Origin: Gemmatimonadota bacterium
GTDB taxonomy: Bacteria; Latescibacterota; UBA2968; UBA8231
Assembly (NCBI GenBank): GCA_038153405.1
Contig: JAYOYH010000004.1
Coordinates: 32,001 to 96,000, forward strand
Direction of reading: 5' to 3'
Length of the DNA: 64,000 nt
The notes under the pieces are model-generated. The model ran no database searches, had not been told where the DNA came from, and saw nothing but the letters and a program-made list of their open reading frames with translations. Below, in pieces: positions 47,726-56,717 of the stretch; position 1 is the stretch's first letter, and every line of letters begins with the position of its first letter. The translations under genes and the position numbers were made by a program.

Positions 47726-49882
47726 CTAGCCAAGTATGAAAATAATATTGCGCGTCTGTCCGGTGATGTAGTCGATGACGATCCACAGCCCGTTGCACAG
47801 CGCTTCACCCGCTATCAGGCCGAGAAAAAAGCGCTGACTGCGCAGATAAAACGCCGGGCCGCCGTAGCGCATAACCATGCGCTTTAGCGCCCAGGCGATA
47901 AAGATGCTAAACCAAATTTTATTCATCAGGTGGTTGGCCGCCACGGCAAAACCAAGCGGATGCAGCGGCCACCACAATAGGTGCTGGCGCGCCCAGGTCA
48001 GCAGCAGCATTACGACCCCGCCAAACGCGAAGAATCCCAATTCCCCCCAGGCAATACCGGCTGGTTCCAGATTGCGCACGGCCGTATCGTAGACCACAGC
48101 GGGACCGCCCTTAAAAAACCAGCCGACTAAATTGATACCGCCGTGCTGATAGGCCATATGGAGCACCATCCAGCACGAACCAAAAGCGCCAATGCACACG
48201 GCCAAATAGGCGCCGTAGAGCACCAGACGTCGGCTGCGGCGATCCATATCTTCAATGAGCTTGAGTCCATTGGCCATCAGCGCGAGAATAAAAATGCGGA
48301 TGTCGGCCGCCCATATATAAGCCAGCGACATGTTGAGCACGCCCCCCGACCCCACTAGCGTCGAGCCCAGACCCTGCACCACTAAGTCGGGTGCGATCAT
48401 CGGCGAGCGCACCGCAGCAAGTCCCGCCTCAGCTACCACGCGACTGATACCGATAAAAATGAGCAGCGCCAAGACGACAAAGAGCAGCGCGACCCACAGC
48501 TTAGTGCCCATCAGCCACAGCCAGCCGACGACGATGGCGCTGCCGCCGACCAAGCCGCACAGCGCACCGCGGTAGGAGGCGACCTCGTCGCTATCGTCTA
48601 CATCGGCTGCTCCGGTCAGCGCCTTGCGCAGCACATCTTTGAGATGCTGGCGGCCCACCCACAGGCCCATCAGCACCATGGCGATGAGTGCACCACCGGC
48701 CTGGTAGGCCAGATAGGGCTGCTCGGCAATGCCGTATACAAAATTCTGCGTCGAGCGCAGACCGGCCAGCGCCAGCGCTTCCGATTCGGCTTTGGCCAGC
48801 AGGTGAAAAAACCACAGGCCGGCGGAGATATGCGTGTTGATCAAATAGGAAAAACCGATAATCGAAAACACTACGCGCAGCTGCAGCGTCTGTGTGCCGA
48901 TATACGAGGCAGCCCATGACAGATTCAGCACCGGATAGGCTGGATCGTAGTTGTGCAAGCCCTTTAACGCGCCAAAAAACAGCGGAATGGCCGCACCATA
49001 CCACATCGCTCGACTTTTGAAGAAGGCGTTGACCAACCCTTTTTCATCTTCGCCGCGCACCATCGCCAACCCCACCTGCGTCAGCGGGTAGGCCAGCCGC
49101 TCGCGCTCCACCCACTGGCGACGCAGGATCACCGCCGCTGAAATCATCGCTACATAGAGCGCCATCAGCAGCAGCCCCCACCACAACAGCGGCTCCACCC
49201 ACGCCTCCCACGGCACCGCAGCCTGCGCGCCCATACCCTCGTAGAACGTTTGATTATCGGTGCCGTCGTCGACCAATATCGAATGCCGCGGCAGCAGCGG
49301 CCCCAGCTTTTCTGCCCACTTATTTTCCGGCGTAGCATAGTAGGCCAGCGACGATATGATGGGCAGCAGCTGCTGGCTCATGCCCATCGTGCACAGGGCC
49401 GAAACCACCAACAGCATGATATAGACCAGCACTAGGTCGGCGCGATTGAGCGCCAGCGTCGAGCCGCGCACGGTAAGCGGCACGTTGGCGACGGCCGAAG
49501 CGATGAGAAAGGCGATCAGCCACAGACCTGGCTTAAGCCAATCAACCTCCTGTCCCGCGTAATAGCCGGCGGACAGGATCAGGGCGAAGGCCGCCAAGCC
49601 GAGGGCCATAGGCACCGAACGAGAGGCCACCTTAAACAGCGCATTGAGCAGGCCGATCAACACGATAAAGAGGAATATGGCACCCGGCGTATTGAAGTCC
49701 CACGCCATAAAGGTGGCGTGCATCGCCGTATTGGCATAGGGCGCGCCAATGGCCAAGAAAAAACTGAGAAACGCGCCGGTCCAAAAGCCGCGCCAGCTTA
49801 TGGAAGCCCCTTGACCAAAGACCAAACCATCGCTGCGCTCGTCGAGGTGCAGGGCGTATTCTTCAGGTATCTCTCTATTCAA
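47726..49882 (-). CDS. DUF6785-type polytopic membrane protein (putative transporter)
   Basis: DFNTPGAIFLF, YYATPENKW, LRRQWVERERLAYP, SRVVAEAG, WWPLHPLGF, MRYGG. Confidence 0.85.
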   Translation of the reverse strand: MNREIPEEYALHLDERSDGLVFGQGASISWRGFWTGAFLSFFLAIGAPYANTAMHATFMAWDFNTPGAIFLFIVLIGLLNALFKVASRSVPMALGLAAFALILSAGYYAGQEVDWLKPGLWLIAFLIASAVANVPLTVRGSTLALNRADLVLVYIMLLVVSALCTMGMSQQLLPIISSLAYYATPENKWAEKLGPLLPRHSILVDDGTDNQTFYEGMGAQAAVPWEAWVEPLLWWGLLLMALYVAMISAAVILRRQWVERERLAYPLTQVGLAMVRGEDEKGLVNAFFKSRAMWYGAAIPLFFGALKGLHNYDPAYPVLNLSWAASYIGTQTLQLRVVFSIIGFSYLINTHISAGLWFFHLLAKAESEALALAGLRSTQNFVYGIAEQPYLAYQAGGALIAMVLMGLWVGRQHLKDVLRKALTGAADVDDSDEVASYRGALCGLVGGSAIVVGWLWLMGTKLWVALLFVVLALLIFIGISRVVAEAGLAAVRSPMIAPDLVVQGLGSTLVGSGGVLNMSLAYIWAADIRIFILALMANGLKLIEDMDRRSRRLVLYGAYLAVCIGAFGSCWMVLHMAYQHGGINLVGWFFKGGPAVVYDTAVRNLEPAGIAWGELGFFAFGGVVMLLLTWARQHLLWWPLHPLGFAVAANHLMNKIWFSIFIAWALKRMVMRYGGPAFYLRSQRFFLGLIAGEALCNGLWIVIDYITGQTRNIIFILG

Positions 49883-49975
49883 CTGTTTCTCCGCTCCGCA
49901 GCCATCACACCATGCCCTTACCCTCAGTAAACAAGCGGTCGACGACCAACCGATCTCCTCCCTGTCGTAGCGTAA

Positions 49976-51082
49976 CTAGTGGGCAACCGAGCCATCGACC
50001 TGAAAGTGGCCCGTAATCGGCACCCGCTTCTGCGCATAGTCGGCGACCAAGCCCTCATCGATCTCAACGCCAATGCCCGGCCGATCGGAGACAATGCGGT
50101 AGCCGTTCTCTATCCGCATCGGCTCGTCGACGACGACCGCACCCGCCGCATTGCTCTCCATGAGCACGTAGTTGGGTATGGCCGCGGCAAAGTGGGTAAA
50201 GGCGGCGTTGTTGACGGCACTGCCCATCAGATGGGGAAAGATGCCGACAAAGGCCGACTCGGCAATGGCGGCGATCTTCTTTATTTGCGTAAAACCGCCG
50301 GCCAGCGAGACGTCCGGCCGGATCAGACTGACCAGCTTGCGGTCGATCAGATCCTTAAACTGCTGGATGCTGTAAAAGCGCTCGCCCGTGGCCACCGGCA
50401 AACGCACGCTGCGCGCCATAATTTCCAAGCCCTCGACGCTCTCGGGCGCCAGCGGATCTTCGTAGTAGAGCATGCGGTAAGGCTCCAATTCGCGCGCCAG
50501 CACGATCGCCTCCTCTATGCGTAAATTGCGGTGGATTTCCAGCCCCAAATCAATGCCGTAGCCAATGCCCTCGCGCACGCCAGCCACCATGGCTACCGCT
50601 TCGTCGATGACCTGACTAGCCGGCTTTTGCTCGAAACCGCTGTAAAATGGCGTCATCCGCAGCGAGGTATAACCGTTGGCGACGTGGCTGCGCGCACTGT
50701 CCACGCGCGCGGGCAGCGTTTCGCCGACGATATTTTCAAACACCTTCACTTTGTCGCGACACTTGCCGCCGAGCAACTGGTAGACGGGCAGTCCAACCGA
50801 CTTGCCGAGAAGATCCCACAGGGCGATATCGATAGCGCTCAGTGCGGCACTCAGCACCGCGCCGGCAAAGTGGGTCTGACGCGAAACGACCTGAAAGTGG
50901 TGTTCAATGCGGCGCGCATCTTGGCCGACATAGTACTCGGACAGTTCGTCGATGGCCGCCTTAACGACGCCGTGATGAGCCCACAGACCCGCCTCGCCGT
51001 TGCCGATAATACCGGCATCCGTATAAACGCGTACTAGCAGGTAGCGGTCGACCAGAAAGCTGCGAATTTCCGTTATCTTCAT
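49976..51082 (-). CDS. Enolase-superfamily dehydratase (galactonate dehydratase-like)
   Basis: MKITEI, ALSAIDIALWDLLGK, YQLLGG, YYEDP, ATGER, IRPD, FPH. Confidence 0.9.
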   Translation of the reverse strand: MKITEIRSFLVDRYLLVRVYTDAGIIGNGEAGLWAHHGVVKAAIDELSEYYVGQDARRIEHHFQVVSRQTHFAGAVLSAALSAIDIALWDLLGKSVGLPVYQLLGGKCRDKVKVFENIVGETLPARVDSARSHVANGYTSLRMTPFYSGFEQKPASQVIDEAVAMVAGVREGIGYGIDLGLEIHRNLRIEEAIVLARELEPYRMLYYEDPLAPESVEGLEIMARSVRLPVATGERFYSIQQFKDLIDRKLVSLIRPDVSLAGGFTQIKKIAAIAESAFVGIFPHLMGSAVNNAAFTHFAAAIPNYVLMESNAAGAVVVDEPMRIENGYRIVSDRPGIGVEIDEGLVADYAQKRVPITGHFQVDGSVAH

Positions 51083-51104
51083 GTGTTTTCTCCTGGCTAA
51101 GACC

Positions 51105-51854
51105 TTAGTATAGCCCCAACAGCCCCTCTGCACCCGGCACACCCCGCTTTTCGAACGCCTCGCTAAGCCAGCGCGCACGCGAAGGCAGGCCCGGATTGCG
51201 ATAGGCATAGACCACCGCCCAGCGCGTGTCGCTGCCGGCCCTGCGCGGGCTGACGGCGTGGGCAGCGTGCGTCCACATCAGCACGACCGATCCTTCGGGG
51301 GCTGCCAGTTCTTCGATCTCAAGTGGTCGACCGGTGGCCGGATGCACCTTGTCTATGATCCAAGCGGTGCGCAGTTCCTCGTCGGACTCGGCGCGAATGC
51401 CCTCGTCTCTGTAGAGGTGGCTGCCGCGCACGACCTTGAGCGCACCGTCTCCCAGCACAAAACCGTTGACGTAAAAAAAAATGCGCACAAAGCCAAGATC
51501 TGGACGCGCCGCGCCGTATTCGTGGCTGTGCCAGTGCGCTCCCCCATTGCCGCCCGGGCGATTGAGCGATACGCAGTGGTCATAGCGAATGTCTCGACCC
51601 AATACCCAACGAGCCAATTCGACCAACTGCGGATGGCCGATCAAGCTGGCTAAATAGGCGTTGTACTCGGCGGCGTAGTGGTTGGGCCGATAGGCTTCGT
51701 CACCCGGCATAAGCGACTGAATGTGGCTCAGCGCCTCGACCAGTCGCTGTCGCGTTGGAGCCGTCAATAATTCGGGCAGGACCACGTGGCCGTCTCGGTC
51801 TAGCTCGGCCCGTTGGCTATCTGTCCAAATATCGTCGGCAAAGATCGCTTCCAT
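51105..51854 (-). CDS. PhyH-like dioxygenase with an atypical HxH metal motif
   Basis: LDRDGHVVL, HWHSHEY, FFYVNG, GALKVVRGSH, GSVVL, AAHAV, RWAVVYAY. Confidence 0.8.
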   Translation of the reverse strand: MEAIFADDIWTDSQRAELDRDGHVVLPELLTAPTRQRLVEALSHIQSLMPGDEAYRPNHYAAEYNAYLASLIGHPQLVELARWVLGRDIRYDHCVSLNRPGGNGGAHWHSHEYGAARPDLGFVRIFFYVNGFVLGDGALKVVRGSHLYRDEGIRAESDEELRTAWIIDKVHPATGRPLEIEELAAPEGSVVLMWTHAAHAVSPRRAGSDTRWAVVYAYRNPGLPSRARWLSEAFEKRGVPGAEGLLGLY

Positions 51855-52172
51855 AGTCTACTCGTCGAAGTAATTTAGTGCTGCATTTTCAGCCGCCCAC
51901 AGTTCGTAAGACATCGCACCGATCGCGTGCCGCGGCAGCGGCGAGGCCGTTGAGCGCTCGTCTCGGGCGAAACACACCGCATGGCACCGCTTTGCCTACC
52001 CCCAGATTAGACGGTGGGCGTGCGTCGAGCAAGCCGATGGGCCGTCGGCATAATCTGACAGATTTCAGCGACTGAATCAAATCAGCGCAACGACCTGACC
52101 TCGTCTATTTTTACTCTATCGCGCAGTAGACAGCACTGCGCTATTTTCGTATGCTGAACGGAGGAGGATACC

Positions 52173-52955
52173 ATGCTTCTAACCGCGGAACAACTGCGCT
52201 TTTTTAAGCAAAACGGCTACCTCATCGTGCGCGGCGTGCTCGACCCAGAAGCAATGGCCAGAGCGCGGGCGCGCCTGTGGGAATACGCGCCACCGGGGCG
52301 CTCACCCGACAAGCCGGAAAGCTGGATTGGTCCCTTTCTGCCAGAAGAAGAAGACGTGGAAAAGCCCAACCACCGGCGCGGCTTTCGCTGGCAGTACCGC
52401 GAGCCTGGAGGCGAGGACTGGATGGTCAACCTCTTGGCCAAAAATCCAGATATATGGAAAATGGCCGAGCAGATGTTGGGCGCGGGCGAACTGTCCGAAC
52501 CGCAGCGCATTCGCGGCATCTACTGCACTCTGCCCTACGGACAGACGCCGCTGCCTCCGCTGCAATGCCACTGCGACGCGCACCCATTTCACCTCGGCGT
52601 AGTCGGCTATATTGACGACGTGCCGCCCAACGGCGGCGGCTTTGCCGTCTGGCCGGGCAGCCATGCCCCCTTCTATCGCGCCTATACATCGCAGTACCGC
52701 AACGAACCAACGGAAGAGTACGACGCCATTCGCCAGCACTACAACAGATTGGAACCGGTAGACTGCCATGGCCGGGCAGGCGACATCGTGTTCTGGCATC
52801 ATCGCCTAGGCCATATGGCCGCACCCAACGCCTCGGAACAAATTCGCCAAGCCGTGCTCTACGACTACGTGAAGAGGGATATCGAAATAACGCAGGAAGA
52901 GGGTCCGCAGGCCGATATGTGGCGCGATTGGTCGGAGGCCATGCGCACCGCCTGA
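52173..52955 (+). CDS. PhyH-like dioxygenase
   Basis: FFKQNGYLIV, CHCDA, YIDDV, GGFAVWPGSH, AGDIVFWH, GHMAAPN; GGAGGAGG RBS. Confidence 0.88.
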   Translation: MLLTAEQLRFFKQNGYLIVRGVLDPEAMARARARLWEYAPPGRSPDKPESWIGPFLPEEEDVEKPNHRRGFRWQYREPGGEDWMVNLLAKNPDIWKMAEQMLGAGELSEPQRIRGIYCTLPYGQTPLPPLQCHCDAHPFHLGVVGYIDDVPPNGGGFAVWPGSHAPFYRAYTSQYRNEPTEEYDAIRQHYNRLEPVDCHGRAGDIVFWHHRLGHMAAPNASEQIRQAVLYDYVKRDIEITQEEGPQADMWRDWSEAMRTA

Positions 52956-52997
52956 GAGACACTGCCCAACGTTTCCAACGAATAGTCGATTAAATCT

Positions 52998-53201
52998 ATG
53001 AGCGAAGACATTCAGCGTCGCACCTGCAGGGCCTGCGGCCAGTCCTACGACTACCCCGGCCACCAGAGCATGGCCACGCGCACCTACTGCGAGACCTGCG
53101 TGGAACTGCCCGAAGCGGCGCGGCGCAACTTCGAGCGCATGCGCCGTCGACTCGATCGCCTAGAAAAAGCGGTGGAAGCGCTCAAGGACCAGCGCACCTA
53201 G
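52998..53201 (+). CDS. Small Zn-ribbon/coiled-coil protein
   Basis: CRAC...CETC followed by a heptad-like RRLDRLEKAVEAL; its stop overlaps the next start. Confidence 0.7.
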   Translation: MSEDIQRRTCRACGQSYDYPGHQSMATRTYCETCVELPEAARRNFERMRRRLDRLEKAVEALKDQRT

Positions 53202-53764
53202 TGGCGGATAACGAATCCAATCGCCGCGCCTTTTTTCGCGAATTTTTTAAGCGCGTCGTCGATCCGGTAGCCGCCTACGCCGAGCATCGCCTGCCGCAGG
53301 AACACACGCTTTTACGGCCGCCCGGCGCCCTGCCCGAACGCACATTTTTAGACACCTGCTATCGCTGCGGCAACTGCGCCGACAGCTGTCCGGTAGAGGC
53401 TATACAGCACAGTCAGAGCGATGACGAGGCGCTGCGCGGTACACCGGTTATCGATCCGGACGCACAGCCGTGCATCGCCTGCGAGGGCCTGCACTGCATG
53501 GCCGCCTGCCCCAGCGGAGCCCTCGTGCCCACACCGCTCGCTCAGATAGCGATGGGCCTAGCGCGCGTAGACGAACAGGCCTGCCATCGCAGTCGTGGAG
53601 AGGACTGTCGCCTGTGTGTCGACGCCTGCCCAACCCCCGAAAAAGCGCTCTCGGTGACTGGAACGGACCCGGTTGTCGTCCACGCTGCGCACTGCATTGG
53701 CTGCGGCCTGTGTCAGCACGTATGCCCAACGACGCCCAAGGCCGTTGTCGTTCGACCTACTTAA
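53201..53764 (+). CDS. NapF/NapG(MauM)-like 4x[4Fe-4S] ferredoxin
   Basis: NRRAFF, LRPPGA, CYRCGNCADSCP, CIAC, CMAACP, CRLCVDACP, CIGCGLCQHVCP. Confidence 0.9.
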   Translation: MADNESNRRAFFREFFKRVVDPVAAYAEHRLPQEHTLLRPPGALPERTFLDTCYRCGNCADSCPVEAIQHSQSDDEALRGTPVIDPDAQPCIACEGLHCMAACPSGALVPTPLAQIAMGLARVDEQACHRSRGEDCRLCVDACPTPEKALSVTGTDPVVVHAAHCIGCGLCQHVCPTTPKAVVVRPT

Positions 53765-53837
53765 AGAGCGCAACGGAGCAAAACCGCACAGAGCGCTCCG
53801 CAGGAAATACCAATTAATCGGCGCAGTGCAAAACGAG

Positions 53838-53871
53838 AAAAAGGCCCGGTAGGTATCCCCGGACCTTTTTT
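53838..53871 (-). terminator. Intrinsic terminator, possibly bidirectional
   Basis: Minus strand AAAAAGGUCCGG-9 nt-CCGGGCCUUUUU with A/T runs on both sides, between convergent genes. Confidence 0.7.
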
Positions 53872-53895
53872 ATCGTTCTGGGCAGGCCGCTCCTG

Positions 53896-55068
53896 CTACG
53901 CCAGCTTTTGCACCGCCTCATGCATCAGTTGACCAATCGGCAGGTTGTGCGGACAGGCCGCCTCCGCCGCGCTAAAGTCAACCCCTTCTATGCGCTTGGC
54001 CTCAGCCGGCAGTTGGGCAAAGAGTTGGCGACCGCGGCGGCGCTCACCGTAGTTCTCATAGTACATGCGGTAGCGCAGCGTCTCGGCGATTTGCAGCGGA
54101 GCGGCCAGCGCCACCTCGCACCGTTCGCTGCAGCCGCGGCAGTACAGATGATCGGTCTCGGCCGCGTATTCGCGCAGCATTTGGCGCTCATCAAAACCCA
54201 TAGCAGGACTGCGCGCCGCCGCCGCATTTTCCTTGACCTGTTTGATATTCTTCATCGCCGATACGGCGCCGGCGATGCGCTCGTCGGCCCATACGGCCTT
54301 AAGGGCAGCTTGGTGCGGATTAAAGCCCTTGGCCTTGAACTTGTCGACACTGTCGGCAAACGAGACAGCGCCGCCCTGCGTCTTCATCGCAATCAGCCCA
54401 ATATTGGCTTTGTGCATTTTGTCGATGGCTTTGTTGAGGGCTGCGTCGTCGTAATCGCGGAAATTGTACTTGAACATGACCGCATCGACGAAGCCCACCT
54501 CGGCGGCTTTTTCCAAAGTGGCTACCATATTGCCGTGGTGCGATGAAAAACCGAAAAAGCGAATCTTGCCCGATTTTTTGAGGTTTTCAGCCGTCTTCAT
54601 CATCTCTGCATCAAGGCGATCGGGATTGCCCAAGTTGTGCAGGAAGTAGAGGTCGACGACGTCCATACGCAAGCTCTCAAGCGAACCGTCGAGATTAGCG
54701 ACAAACGACTCCGGATCGTGGTCCGTGCTCTTTGTGACGATAAAGCACTCTGAGCGTCGCCCACTTTTCTCGAGGATGTTGCCCACCATTTTTTCGCTCT
54801 TGCCGCCGACATAGCTCTGCGCCGTATCAATGTAATTGATGCCTTCAGTCAGCGCGGCATTGAGCAGGGGGGGCGTTACGGGCAGCGCCGTACCCATGGT
54901 CAGAATGGGGATCTCGACCCCGGTCTTCCCTAGTATGCGCGTGGGCATCGACTTGTCTTCTGCTGCTTCGGCTCGACCAACGGCCGAGGCCAGCACGGCT
55001 CCTGCTCCTATGGCACCGCTCGCGGCGATAAACTCGCGCCGCGTCAGCTTCTTGTCCTTATTGCGCAT
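53896..55068 (-). CDS. Tat-signal aldo/keto reductase with C-terminal Cys cluster
   Basis: TRREFI signal ending AEA, INYIDTAQSY, IVTK, YFLH, IAMKT, CRGCSERC...ACP. Confidence 0.9.
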   Translation of the reverse strand: MRNKDKKLTRREFIAASGAIGAGAVLASAVGRAEAAEDKSMPTRILGKTGVEIPILTMGTALPVTPPLLNAALTEGINYIDTAQSYVGGKSEKMVGNILEKSGRRSECFIVTKSTDHDPESFVANLDGSLESLRMDVVDLYFLHNLGNPDRLDAEMMKTAENLKKSGKIRFFGFSSHHGNMVATLEKAAEVGFVDAVMFKYNFRDYDDAALNKAIDKMHKANIGLIAMKTQGGAVSFADSVDKFKAKGFNPHQAALKAVWADERIAGAVSAMKNIKQVKENAAAARSPAMGFDERQMLREYAAETDHLYCRGCSERCEVALAAPLQIAETLRYRMYYENYGERRRGRQLFAQLPAEAKRIEGVDFSAAEAACPHNLPIGQLMHEAVQKLA

Positions 55069-55082
55069 GCTCTTTCTCCCCG

Positions 55083-56708
55083 TTAAGCGTTTTCGCTCAA
55101 ATCGATATGCAACAGTCCACTGCGGTCCTTCTGCCCGCCGCTGCAGCCGCACCCGCCTCCAGTATCGCTCCCCCCACCGCAGCAACCCTCTTGTCCACCG
55201 GCCATGCCCAGCAGCAGCGAACGCTCTTTCGAACGCGTTTCCCCGACCGCCGTAACGCGAATCGCTCGGTGATCCTGCACCGGACACTCGTGCTCACAGA
55301 TACCGCAGCCAATGCACACTTCCGGATCGACGTAGGGACGCGTCAGCACCACCTTTTCGCCCCAGCGGTTGGTAATTTCTACTTCGCGCGAGTAAATCGC
55401 TTTGGGCGAGGTCGGACACACCTCTTCGCACACGACGCAGGGCGTGTCCATCGCCCACGGCAGGCAGCGCCCGCGATCGTAGAAAGCCGTGCCCGTCTTT
55501 ACCGGCCCCATATCGGTGAACTGGCCAATGCCCAATTTCTGTTCGATAGAAATTTTCTGGATGGCCCCGGTCGGACAGACTTCGCCGCACAGCGTGCAGT
55601 TCAGTTCGCAATAGCCCGTGCGCATATTCATAATCGGCGTCCAGATGCCTTCTAGCCCACCTTCTAACATAGCCGGCTGCAGCACGTTGCTCGGACATAC
55701 GCGAATGCACTGATCGCACTTGATACAGCGCTCTAAAAACTCGTGTTCGGCCACCGAGCCGGGCGGGCGCACGACCTCTTTCTTAAAGAGCTCGTCGACG
55801 TCGCCGCTGCGCCGCGAAAAGGGAAAGCTCAGCGCGCCGATCAGGCCGGCCATCACCGCGCGACGGCCGCTGATCTGCGGTCCCGTCACTTCGCCCTTTA
55901 TATCGGGCATAAAGTCGAAGGAAAGCGCATCGTGTGGACAGTCGTCGATGCAGTTAAAGCATACAAAGCACTCCGACTTGCGCAGGTTCGTATGCGGATC
56001 GGATGCCCCCTCGCAGCGCTGCAGGCACAGATCGCAGTCGACGCATTTGACCGTATCGCGGTGGATGCGCCACAGCGAAAAGCGCGACAGCAGGCCCAGC
56101 GTTGCACCGAGCGGGCAGAGAACGCGGCAGAAAAAGCGCGGTATGACCAGGTTCATGCCGATGAGAAAGAACAGCAGAAAGCCGACGACCCAACCCAGCT
56201 GGTGGACGTGCGGACGCACGTAAAACCACTCGGTCGGCATGTCCAACGCCGGCAGCACCGCTACAGTAAACGAGCGAAAGAGCAGGCAAATGGGATCGAG
56301 CAAGCCGATCTGCAGCGAGCCAAACAGTGCGGCCGCTCCCATGCCGATCAAGATGTAGTACTTGAGGGCAAAGAGCTTTCGGTATCGATTGCTCTCGATG
56401 TTTTCGGTAATCGTGCGGCGATTAAAGAGCCAGCCCGTAAACTGGTGCAGAATCCCGTACGGGCAGATCCAATTACAGAAAAAGCGTCCGAGAAAGAGCG
56501 TCGGTATGAGCAGGACCAGCGACCAGACGAGCCCCTGATACAGCGTGTGCGTAGTCATGGCCGTCGCAATGGCCACCAGGGGATTTACTTCGAGGAAAAT
56601 CGATACCGGATAGCCTTTTAAGTAGCTGAACTGCGTCACAAAGCAGAAAAAGAGAAACAGCCCCATAAAGAAAATCTGAGTGATCAGGCGAACGATTGTT
56701 ATGCGCAT
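55083..56708 (-). CDS. Membrane polyferredoxin (NapH/MauN-like domain fused to NapG/MauM-like domain)
   Basis: [37 protein letters not shown], then VRPPGS and four further cluster motifs. Confidence 0.92.
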   Translation of the reverse strand: MRITIVRLITQIFFMGLFLFFCFVTQFSYLKGYPVSIFLEVNPLVAIATAMTTHTLYQGLVWSLVLLIPTLFLGRFFCNWICPYGILHQFTGWLFNRRTITENIESNRYRKLFALKYYILIGMGAAALFGSLQIGLLDPICLLFRSFTVAVLPALDMPTEWFYVRPHVHQLGWVVGFLLFFLIGMNLVIPRFFCRVLCPLGATLGLLSRFSLWRIHRDTVKCVDCDLCLQRCEGASDPHTNLRKSECFVCFNCIDDCPHDALSFDFMPDIKGEVTGPQISGRRAVMAGLIGALSFPFSRRSGDVDELFKKEVVRPPGSVAEHEFLERCIKCDQCIRVCPSNVLQPAMLEGGLEGIWTPIMNMRTGYCELNCTLCGEVCPTGAIQKISIEQKLGIGQFTDMGPVKTGTAFYDRGRCLPWAMDTPCVVCEEVCPTSPKAIYSREVEITNRWGEKVVLTRPYVDPEVCIGCGICEHECPVQDHRAIRVTAVGETRSKERSLLLGMAGGQEGCCGGGSDTGGGCGCSGGQKDRSGLLHIDLSENA

Positions 56709-56717
56709 AATAGGCTC

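Noticed and set aside
53201..56708. Periplasmic nitrate reductase (nap) or methylamine (mau) operon
   Set aside because: No napA/napB or mauA/mauB catalytic genes are in the window.
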